This document shows, in pieces, positions 20,028-28,728 of a DNA stretch of 64,000 nucleotides. This stretch comes from Kofleriaceae bacterium (GTDB lineage Bacteria; Myxococcota_A; Polyangia; Haliangiales; Haliangiaceae). The stretch lies in contig DATLIC010000119.1 of the NCBI GenBank assembly GCA_035539655.1, positions 29,257 to 93,256 on the forward strand, given 5' to 3'. A program made the position numbers and the translations under genes. A model generated the notes under the pieces. The model had not been told where the DNA came from. It ran no database searches and was given only the letters and a program-made list of their open reading frames with translations. The number at the start of each line of letters is the position of its first letter. The stretch's first letter is position 1.

Positions 20028-21412
20028 CGGTGGTGTGCGGGATCGACGTCGGCCACGACGCGGTGCGCGTGGCCGCGCTGGTCGACGATCGTCCGGTGTC
20101 GATCGCCGCGCTGCCGGCGTGGGTCGGCTTCGACGGCGAGGCGGTGGTGGTCGGCGCGGCGGCGCGGGCGCGACCGGCCGATCAGCGCATGCAGCCGCGG
20201 GCGGCGCGCGGCGACGCGGTGCGGCCGCCCGCCGAGCTGCTGGCCTGGCTGGTCCGCGCGGCGGTGGCCGCGGTGGAGGCCGAGCACGGCGGCGTGGCGG
20301 GCGCGGTCATCGCCGTCCCGGCCGGCGCCGGCGCGGTCGAACGGCGCGCGCTGCGCGAGGCCGCGGCGCTCGCCGGCGTACCGGCGGTGCGGCTGTGCGC
20401 CGAGCCGGTGCTGGCCGCGCTGGCGCTGCCGACGCCGGCCGACGCGCGGTGGCTGGTGTGCGACGCCGGCGCGACCGGGTTCACCGCCTCGGTCGTCGAG
20501 CTGGTCGGCGGCGCGATCGATCGCCTGGCCACGGTCACCGAGCCCGACCTCGGCGGCGACGCGCTCGATCGCCTGATCGCGGCCGAGCTCGGCAAGGAGC
20601 TCGGCGGGGTCCGCACCGGCGATCCCGACTGGCCGTACCTGTGCGCGGCGGCGCGGGCGGTCAAGGAGCACGCGGCTGCCGCGGCCGCGGCGGAGGCCGC
20701 ATTCCACGCCGCGCTGGCCGGCGCCAGCGACGCCGCGCGCCGGCTGCGCCCGCCGCGCCGCGACGAGATCGAGCTGTGGTCGGCGCCGCGGGTGCGCCGC
20801 GTCGAGGACGTGTGCCACCGCGCGCTCACCGCGGCCGGCGGGACCCTGTCCGAGCTGGGCGAGGTCGTGCTGGTCGGCGGCGGTGCGCGGCTGGCGACGA
20901 TGGTCCGCCGGCTCACCCAGGCCTGTGGCCGCGCGCCGCGCCTGCCCGCCGACGCCGGCTTCGCGGTCGCCCACGGCGCCGCGCTGGCCGCGCGCATGTA
21001 CGTCGCCGAGCCGGCCGCGCTGATGATCGACGTCGTGCCGCACGCGATCGCGCTGGCCGCCGGCGACGCACCGGTGGCGCTGGTCGCGGCCGGTGCGGTG
21101 GCGCCGACGCGGGCGGCGCGGGTGATCCCGACGCGCCACGCCGATCAGGACGCGATCGAGGTCGAGCTGTGGGAGGAGACCTCGCCGCGGCGCCTGCTCG
21201 GCCGCTACCGCGTCGGCGGGTTGCCGCCGGCGCCGGCCGGCGACGCGCTGGCGCTGTGCAGCGTCACCATCGACGTCGACGGCGTGCCGCGGCTGGCCGC
21301 GACCGAGCTGGTCAGCGGCGCGCCGCTGACCGTGGCCCCGCTGGCCGAGGCCGGCCTCGACGCCGCGACGATCGCGGCCCAGCGCCCGGTCGTGGCAGCA
21401 TGGCGACCATGA
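20024..21412 (+). CDS. Divergent Hsp70/DnaK-family protein (nucleotide-binding and beta substrate-binding domains, no lid)
   Basis: GTG 20024 lies inside track ORF 19175..21412. Recognisable Hsp70 blocks are VCGIDVGHDAV, AVIAVPAGAGAVERRALREAAALAGV, WLVCDAGATGFTASVVE, EVVLVGGGARLATMV and FAVAHGAALAA, followed by an SBD-beta-like segment (IDVVPHAIAL...VELWEE...TIDVDGVPRL). Confidence 0.85.
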   Translation: MTVVCGIDVGHDAVRVAALVDDRPVSIAALPAWVGFDGEAVVVGAAARARPADQRMQPRAARGDAVRPPAELLAWLVRAAVAAVEAEHGGVAGAVIAVPAGAGAVERRALREAAALAGVPAVRLCAEPVLAALALPTPADARWLVCDAGATGFTASVVELVGGAIDRLATVTEPDLGGDALDRLIAAELGKELGGVRTGDPDWPYLCAAARAVKEHAAAAAAAEAAFHAALAGASDAARRLRPPRRDEIELWSAPRVRRVEDVCHRALTAAGGTLSELGEVVLVGGGARLATMVRRLTQACGRAPRLPADAGFAVAHGAALAARMYVAEPAALMIDVVPHAIALAAGDAPVALVAAGAVAPTRAARVIPTRHADQDAIEVELWEETSPRRLLGRYRVGGLPPAPAGDALALCSVTIDVDGVPRLAATELVSGAPLTVAPLAEAGLDAATIAAQRPVVAAWRP

Positions 21413-21861
21413 AATCCGCGGCCGCGTGCCTGCTCGTGATCGCCGCGTGTGGCACCGCCGCGCGGCCCGCGCCGCCGCCGCCGCCGGCCGCCAAGGTCGT
21501 CCAGGTCAACCGCCCCGGCGAGCCGGTCGCGCTCGACGCCGTCCTGGTCGCCGGCCACGTCACCGTCATCGACTTCTGGGCCGAGTGGTGCGGCGGCTGC
21601 AAGGTCGTCGAGGACAAGCTGATGGCCGCCATCGCCGCCGAGCCATCGGTGGTGGTCCGCAAGATCGACGTCGGCGACGGCGAGACCCCCGTCGCTCGCC
21701 AGTACCAGGTCGGCGTGCTGCCCCACCTCCGCATCTACGATCGCGAGGGCCGCCTGCGCTTCGTGCTCGCCGGCAACGACGCCCTCACCGCCGGCGAGGC
21801 GGCGCTGCAGCTCGTCGGGGGACACGTTCCTGGATCGCAACCGCCCGGAATCCCGCGATAA
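21409..21861 (+). CDS. Thioredoxin-fold lipoprotein (WCGGC active site)
   Basis: ATG 21409 overlaps the Hsp70-like stop (ATGA); an alternative ATG is at 21400. The lipobox signal is MKSAAACLLVIAACG and the thioredoxin motif is VIDFWAEWCGGCK. The last 14 codons are encoded by the repeat element starting at 21818. Confidence 0.85.
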   Translation: MKSAAACLLVIAACGTAARPAPPPPPAAKVVQVNRPGEPVALDAVLVAGHVTVIDFWAEWCGGCKVVEDKLMAAIAAEPSVVVRKIDVGDGETPVARQYQVGVLPHLRIYDREGRLRFVLAGNDALTAGEAALQLVGGHVPGSQPPGIPR

Positions 21862-21990
21862 TTGAGCCATACCGCGACGATTTGCGCGCGCTCCGAGCCG
21901 ATGGTCCGTCGTGGATTCGTCGCGGTTTCGTCGCGGGACGCCCGAAGAGCGGCGCGATTGCAGCCAGTTGCGATCCAGGAACGTGTCCCC
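21818..21990. repeat. 173-bp MITE-like element with perfect 24-bp terminal inverted repeats
   Basis: ggggacacgttcctggatcgcaac at 21818-21841 is the exact reverse complement of 21967-21990. The arms are separated by 125 bp that contain a ttcgtcgcgg tandem duplication. The element sits between the convergent thioredoxin and FG-GAP genes. Confidence 0.8.
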
Positions 21991-23264
21991 TACTGGCCAG
22001 TGGACAGCGCGATCCGGAGGTTCTCGTTCTCGATGCCTACCAGGTCGAGGCGGCCGTCTTCGTCGAGATCGGCCGCGGCGGACAGGGGGCCGGTCACCCC
22101 CGCCCAGCCGACGTTGATCGGGACGGCGACGGGGGCGGCGAAGGTGATGCCAGTGCCGTCGCCGAGATAGATCTGACCGTTGACGAAGACGTCGGGGAAG
22201 CCGTCGCGGTTGAAGTCGGCCACGGCGGGATGCCCCGCGGCGGCGCCGATCTCCCGGATGTGGGGGGTGAGCGTTCCGTCGGGTCCATCGAGGTAGACCG
22301 TGAAGCTGCTGGTGTACCGCTCCGCGGTGACGACATCGGGCCGACCGTCAAGGTTCAGGTCGCCCAGCGTCAGCCCCATCGATACGTAGCCCGACTCGGT
22401 GTGCATGGTGCGCGAGAGCTGGCGCTGCCGATCACCGAAGATCGTGGTCACGCCGGTCCGCCCCCAGTGGAACCCGGAGTGCACGACGGCCACGTCGTCC
22501 ACGCCATCGGCATCGAAGTCGGCGACCGCAACGCCGGTGATGCCGTCGGTCGTGCCGTCGATCGTGCGCTGGCTGGCGAGGTCGAAGCCGCCGGTGCCGG
22601 TGCCGAACAGGACCGCCACGGTGTTGGTCGCGAACATCGTGAACTGGTGGAAGTAGCAGCTGACCACGGCGTCGACGTGTCCGTCGTCGTCGAGATCGCC
22701 GGTGGTGATCCACCAGGGGCCGCGCACCGGTTCGATCGGGTAGTCGACGTGACCGGCGAAGCTGCGCCCACCGGCGCCGCGCAGGACCGAGATGCTGCTG
22801 CCGACGAGCGTGATCGTCCCGTCCATGTCCACCGGCGTCCCGCCGATCGCGACCACGAGATCGAGGACGCTGTCCTGGTCGAGGTCCGCGATGGCGACCG
22901 ACGCAGGCTTCGGTGGAGTCGGATACGTCGTCGGAGGTCCGAACGTGCCGCTGCCGTCGCCGTAGTACACCGCGACGACGTCGGCCTCGCGGGAGGCCGC
23001 GACGAGGTCGAGGTGGCCGTCGCGGTCGAGGTCGACGACCCGCACCGAGGACACCCGCCCCAGCGTGGCCACGTCGCCGAACGTGAGCTCGATCAGCGGC
23101 GCCGCGTCCGGGCCGGCGTCGACGACCGCGTCGACCGGAGGCTGATCGCCCCCGTCGCTGACGTCGCTGCCGCTGGCGTCGTCACCGGTGAGCCGAGGCA
23201 GCGCCGGGTAGCTACAGCCGGCGAGCGCCGCCGCCACGAGCAAGGACGCGTGGGCGCGCCACAT
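21990..23264 (-). CDS. FG-GAP/VCBS-repeat lipoprotein
   Basis: ATG 23264 lies inside track ORF 21990..23765. The lipobox signal is MWRAHASLLVAAALAGCS. Calcium-binding FG-GAP motifs recur (DLDRDGHLDLV, DLDQDSVLDLV, DLDDDGHVDAV, DFDADGVDDV, DLNLDGRPDVV, DFNRDGFPDV, DLDEDGRLDLV). Confidence 0.9.
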   Translation of the reverse strand: MWRAHASLLVAAALAGCSYPALPRLTGDDASGSDVSDGGDQPPVDAVVDAGPDAAPLIELTFGDVATLGRVSSVRVVDLDRDGHLDLVAASREADVVAVYYGDGSGTFGPPTTYPTPPKPASVAIADLDQDSVLDLVVAIGGTPVDMDGTITLVGSSISVLRGAGGRSFAGHVDYPIEPVRGPWWITTGDLDDDGHVDAVVSCYFHQFTMFATNTVAVLFGTGTGGFDLASQRTIDGTTDGITGVAVADFDADGVDDVAVVHSGFHWGRTGVTTIFGDRQRQLSRTMHTESGYVSMGLTLGDLNLDGRPDVVTAERYTSSFTVYLDGPDGTLTPHIREIGAAAGHPAVADFNRDGFPDVFVNGQIYLGDGTGITFAAPVAVPINVGWAGVTGPLSAAADLDEDGRLDLVGIENENLRIALSTGQ

Positions 23265-23707
23265 CAGAACGCCCGCTGGTAGGCGATGCCGGCCGGCGAG
23301 ATGGACAGCTGGGCGCCCGTGGCCGCCGTCGGCTCGGCCGCGCGGGGCGGGCGCAGGAACAGCCAGACCGCGACGCCGGCGGTGGCCACGCCGACGCCGA
23401 GCAGACCCTGGGCGGCGTGACGCCGGGTGTTCGCCGCGCGCTCCAGCGAGTCGCGCCGCTCCTGATCCACTGTCTCGGCCTTGGCGTCGTCGTAGACCGC
23501 ATCGCCCCACAGGGCCATGCCGGCGGCTCCGCCGAGGACCGCCGCCGCCGCGACCGTGAGCGTGATCGGCACCGCCAGGTTCGCCGCCGGGCGCACCGTC
23601 GCCGGCCGACGCGGCTCGTCGCCGGGCTCGGCGTGCGCCGCCGTGCTCGCGACCACGCAACACACGGCAAACGCGACGAACCGTCCATGCATGAGTCGCC
23701 TCATCAC
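23264..23707 (-). CDS. Secreted/membrane-associated hypothetical protein
   Basis: 147-aa ORF with a signal peptide (FVAFAVCCVVASTAAHA) and two hydrophobic segments. Its stop overlaps the FG-GAP start (ATGA). No family was recognised. Confidence 0.7.
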   Translation of the reverse strand: MMRRLMHGRFVAFAVCCVVASTAAHAEPGDEPRRPATVRPAANLAVPITLTVAAAAVLGGAAGMALWGDAVYDDAKAETVDQERRDSLERAANTRRHAAQGLLGVGVATAGVAVWLFLRPPRAAEPTAATGAQLSISPAGIAYQRAF

Positions 23708-23763
23708 GCAAAGGCCCCCTGTGTTGCACGCCCCCGGTGCAACCGCTGCGAATGACTCGTAGC

Positions 23764-23793
23764 AATCTAGCGAAGGGGGTTTCGACCCGTCAA
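23764..23793 (-). promoter_or_regulatory. Candidate sigma70-type promoter for the hypothetical/FG-GAP operon
   Basis: On the minus strand, TTGACG (23793-23788) is followed by an 18-nt spacer and TAGATT (23769-23764), about 55 nt upstream of the 23707 start. Confidence 0.35.
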
Positions 23794-23879
23794 CCTGCGA
23801 GCGGTCGCGCGAAATCCAGCCGCGGTATGGCTAAAAAACGTCGCGAAACCGGAGGCTTGCGACCTAGGAGCCTGTCCCC
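23780..23879. repeat. Second, diverged copy (inverted orientation) of the left arm of the 21818 element
   Basis: The reverse complement from 23879 reads ggggacaggctcctaggtcgcaagcctccggtttcgcgacgttttttagccataccgcgg. It aligns by eye at roughly two thirds identity over about 95 nt with 21818 onward (ggggacacgttcctggatcgcaaccgcccggaatcccgcgataattgagccataccgcga). Confidence 0.6.
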
Positions 23880-24912
23880 TTCATGGCGGCGCCGTCGCTC
23901 GCGAGCAACGCCGCGCCGATCAGGCCGGCGTCGTCGCCGAGGACAGCGTCGACGATCGTCACCGGGTCGAGCAGCGCCGCGGGGACGACCATGGGCAGGG
24001 CGGTGAGGGTCTGGTCCTTGAGGAGCGGGGTGCGGCCGAGCATGCCGCCGCCGAGGACGACGCGCTCGGGGTTGAGGAGGGTGATGGCGTTGCCGATGGC
24101 GACGGCGAGCAGGGGCGCGAGCTCGGTCCACAGCTCGAGGGCCCACGGGTCGCCGGCGGCGGCGGCCTGGTCGACGTGGCCGGGGGTGACCTCGTGCGGG
24201 TCGCCGCCGGCGAGGTCGACGGCGAGCGAGCGGACGTCGCCGCGGGCCAGCTCGGCGCGGGCGCGGCTCTGGACGTAGGTGCCGCCGACGTAGGCCTCGA
24301 CGCAGCCGCGGCCGCCGCACGCGCACGGCGCCGCGTCGTCGCCCCACAGGACCTTGGTGTGGCCGATCTCGCCGGCCGCGTTGGTGATGCCATCGGCGAG
24401 CTGGCCGTTGACGATCAGGCCGCCGCCGATGCCGGTGCCGATGTACACGGTGAGCACGTCGTCGGCGCCGGCGGCGGCGCCGAGGCCGAACTCGCCGTAG
24501 GCGATGGCGTTGACGTCGTTGTAGATGCCGAGCGGCCGGGCCGGGCCGAGGCGGGCGGCGAGCAGGTCGCCGAACGGCACGTCGCGCCAGCGCAGGTGCG
24601 GCGAGTTGGCGACCAGGCCCTCGCGGTCGCGCAGCATGGCGGCGATGCCGATGCCGACCGGGACGCGGACGACCGGCGACACGCCGGCCTTGGCGAGCAC
24701 CTCCTCGACCATGGTGGCGATCGCCTCGACGATCGCCTCGGGCCGGCGGTCGTCGCCGACCCGCCGGCGCGCCACCGCGGACGGCTCGGGCACGAGCGTG
24801 GTGCGCTCGTGGCGGGCCCGCGCCGACAGCGCGCCGAGCTCGCCGAACGCGGCGACCCGCAGGTTGGTGCCGCCGAGGTCGACCCCGACCACCCACGCGG
24901 GCGCGGCGGCGG

Positions 24913-24916
<4 letters not shown>
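23864..24916 (-). CDS. ROK-family sugar kinase (glucokinase-like)
   Basis: 350-aa ORF with ATP-binding VGVDLGGTNLRV, IGTGIGGGLI and the ROK zinc motif GHTKV...CACGGRGCVEAY. The GTG start overlaps the phosphomannomutase stop (GTGA). Confidence 0.92.
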
Positions 24917-26310
<1,394 letters not shown>

Positions 26311-26336
26311 GGCGGTCGCTTGCCTCGGGGCCCTCG

Positions 26337-27401
26337 CTACAGATACCGCTGCCGTCCACCGGCGGCGAGCGCGGCGACCACGGCCTTGACGTCCTGGGCG
26401 CGGTCGAGCGGGACCACCAGCACGGCGTCGCCGGCCCGCACCACCGCCAGGTTCGACACGCCGACCAGCGCGATCACGCCGTCGTCGGTGTAGGTCAGGT
26501 TGCCGGCGGCGTCGACCACGACGGCGTCGCCGACCGCGGCGTGGCCGCGCTCGCCGGCGGGCACCAGCGCGGCCACCGCCTGCCACGAGCCGACGTCGCT
26601 CCACCCGAACGCGCCCGGCACCGCGACCACGTCGGCGGCGTGCTCCATGACGCCGTGATCGATCGACACCGACGGCAGGCGCGGGTAGACCGCGGCGGTC
26701 GCCCGCGCCGCCGCCTCGTCGCCACCCCCGCGCAGCGCGTCGGAGATCTCGCGCAGGCCGTCGCCGGTCGCCGGCATCCACCGCTCGATCTCGGCGAGCA
26801 GGCGGCGGGCGCGCACGAAGAACATGCCGGCGTTCCACAGGTGGCGACCGCCGGCGGCGAACCCGGCCGCGGTGGCCGGCTCGGGCTTCTCGACGAAGCG
26901 GGCGACCGTGCGCACGCCGTCGCCGAGCTCGGCGCGATCGCCGCCCAGCTCGAGGTAGCCGAACCCGGTCTCGGCCCGGGTCGGCACCACGCCGATGGTC
27001 GCGATGACGTCGCCGCGCTCGGCCGCGCCCCACGCCCGCTCGATCGCCACCCCGAACCCGACCTCGTCGGCGACGTGGTGATCGGCGGGGAACGCGCCCA
27101 GCACGGCGTCGGCGTCGCGGTGCGCGGCGTGGACCGCGGCCAGTCCGAGCGCGGCCGCGGTGTTGCGCGGCAGCGGCTCGGCGACGACCGTCGCCGCCGG
27201 CACCTCGGCGGCGCACGCGCCGGCGTGCTCGGCCGCGGTCACGATCATCACGTCGGGCGCCGCGGCGCGGAGGCGGCGGGCGGTCGCGGCCAGCAAGGTC
27301 TCGCCGCCGCCGAGGGCGAGCAGCTGCTTGGGCCGCGCCTGCCGGCTGGCCGGCCACAGCCGGGTCCCGCTGCCTCCGGCGAGGATCACCGCACGTCGCA
27401 T
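26337..27401 (-). CDS. Mannose-1-phosphate guanylyltransferase (nucleotidyltransferase family)
   Basis: The nucleotidyltransferase signature MRRAVILAGGSGTRLWPASR begins at ATG 27401. Downstream blocks are TFGVVPTRAETGFGYLE-like and FVEKP. The track ORF start at 27452 adds an Arg-rich extension. Confidence 0.9.
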   Translation of the reverse strand: MRRAVILAGGSGTRLWPASRQARPKQLLALGGGETLLAATARRLRAAAPDVMIVTAAEHAGACAAEVPAATVVAEPLPRNTAAALGLAAVHAAHRDADAVLGAFPADHHVADEVGFGVAIERAWGAAERGDVIATIGVVPTRAETGFGYLELGGDRAELGDGVRTVARFVEKPEPATAAGFAAGGRHLWNAGMFFVRARRLLAEIERWMPATGDGLREISDALRGGGDEAAARATAAVYPRLPSVSIDHGVMEHAADVVAVPGAFGWSDVGSWQAVAALVPAGERGHAAVGDAVVVDAAGNLTYTDDGVIALVGVSNLAVVRAGDAVLVVPLDRAQDVKAVVAALAAGGRQRYL

Positions 27402-27433
27402 CGCCGCGACTCTAGCCCGAAAGCGAGCGCCGA

Positions 27434-27466
27434 AACGGCGACGGGCGCCCACGGGCGCCCGCCGTT
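27434..27466 (-). terminator. GC-rich stem-loop downstream of the lipoprotein gene
   Basis: aacggcg (27434-27440) pairs with cgccgtt (27460-27466), enclosing two gggcgccc palindromes. On the minus strand it is followed by gtttcggcgctcgctttcggg. Confidence 0.45.
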
Positions 27467-27492
27467 CAGGTCGGAAACGGAGACCGAACCGA

Positions 27493-28503
27493 TCAGGGAA
27501 CCGTGAAGGTGGCCTTGACCGCGGTCACGCCGAGGCCCAGCGACAGCGCGTCGTTGGTGCCGTCGCCATCGAGGTCGATGTCGGGCGTGAGGAAGCCGCC
27601 GACCACCGACATGACCTCGGCGTCGGTGATCTCGCAGTCCTTCGGCGACTTGTCGAACAGCGTCTGCATCGTCTTGCCGGTCGAGCCGTCGGTGCAGTTG
27701 CAGGCGGGCGGCGTGCGGGTGCCGCCCTGCGGGACCGGGCAGCCCTCTTCGTAGCTGCTGCGGACGGTGTTGCCGATCGCCGGGATGACCTTGGTGTTGA
27801 TGTCGGTCTGCGCCACCGCGCCACCGATCTTGCTGCCCATCGCCGGCCAGCCGTTGTCGCTGACCATGCTGATCTCGGCGCGGGCCTTCTGGAGCGGCAG
27901 CTCGATCGGCGTGCCGGCCAGGGCGATGCGCAGGGTGACGTTACCCGGGCCGCCGGTGAACTTGCCGGCCATGATGCGGCCGGCGAGCTTGGCGTCCTGC
28001 GGACCCGCGCTGTCGACCGAGAACATGCCGGTACCCTCGAGGTGCTTGCGGCAGGTGGCCGGGTTGGCCGGGTCGGTGCACGGGGCCGGCGTGATCTGGT
28101 CGGTGGCGAGGTAGACCCACAGACCGACGCCGTTGGCGTTGACCAGGTCGGTCGCCTTGACGTTGACCAGCAGGGCGAGCTCACCGTTGTCGACCGACTC
28201 GTCGAGCGACGCCTGCAGGTCGAGGTCCGGCGCCAGGGCGCCGATCGAGCCGATGACCGACCCGAGCTGGTTGTCGACGCCGTCGTTGGCCTTGCCGTCG
28301 ATGTCGAGGCCGAGCTGCATCGCCTCGGTGCCGTTCTCGGGCAGGTTGATGGCGCTGACCACGTAGGTGTGGTTGGCGCCGCTCTCGTCGATGGTGCCGT
28401 CGCCGTCGCCGTCACCGCCGTCGTCATCGCCGCCACCGCAGGCGACCAGAGCAAGCGACAGGATGGCGCCCGCAAGGGCAGAAGTACGCAGGGCTAGTCT
28501 CAT
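27493..28503 (-). CDS. Lipoprotein of unknown function
   Basis: 336-aa ORF with lipobox LSLALVACGG followed by a Gly/Asp-rich linker. It contains several Cys pairs and Asp-rich calcium-site-like motifs (DIDGKANDGVDN, DIDLDGDGTNDA). Confidence 0.8.
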   Translation of the reverse strand: MRLALRTSALAGAILSLALVACGGGDDDGGDGDGDGTIDESGANHTYVVSAINLPENGTEAMQLGLDIDGKANDGVDNQLGSVIGSIGALAPDLDLQASLDESVDNGELALLVNVKATDLVNANGVGLWVYLATDQITPAPCTDPANPATCRKHLEGTGMFSVDSAGPQDAKLAGRIMAGKFTGGPGNVTLRIALAGTPIELPLQKARAEISMVSDNGWPAMGSKIGGAVAQTDINTKVIPAIGNTVRSSYEEGCPVPQGGTRTPPACNCTDGSTGKTMQTLFDKSPKDCEITDAEVMSVVGGFLTPDIDLDGDGTNDALSLGLGVTAVKATFTVP

Positions 28504-28714
28504 CGGGATCCCCCAGGGCTGTCGGTGAAGTGCCAGGTCTTTTATCGCGAACCTGGCTCGTTACACAATAGTGGTCTGTCCGCTTTGCCGTCGGTGATGA
28601 AGCTCATACTGGCCGAAAGACCACGGTTGGTGACGCAGCTCATACCCGTTGCGCGACCGCGCCGTCGCAACCGCGTGAACTTCCACGCGCAACAGATCTT
28701 TCGCGACGGATCTA

Positions 28715-28720
28715 TATAGT
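28715..28720 (+). promoter_or_regulatory. Candidate -10 box (TATAGT) 8 nt upstream of the ATG at 28729, implying a leaderless or near-leaderless transcript
   Basis: The sequence is tatagtcgcgcgcgATG. The same TATAGTCGC motif precedes the GTG at the start of each 141-bp repeat unit at 16.2-16.5 kb. I saw no convincing -35. Confidence 0.3.
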
Positions 28721-28728
28721 CGCGCGCG

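Noticed and set aside
21818-21990. The 24-bp perfect inverted repeat acting as a bidirectional rho-independent terminator between the thioredoxin and FG-GAP genes.
   Set aside because: The arms are separated by 125 nt, far longer than a terminator loop, with no flanking T-tracts. A related sequence recurs at 23.8 kb, so a repeat-element interpretation fits better.
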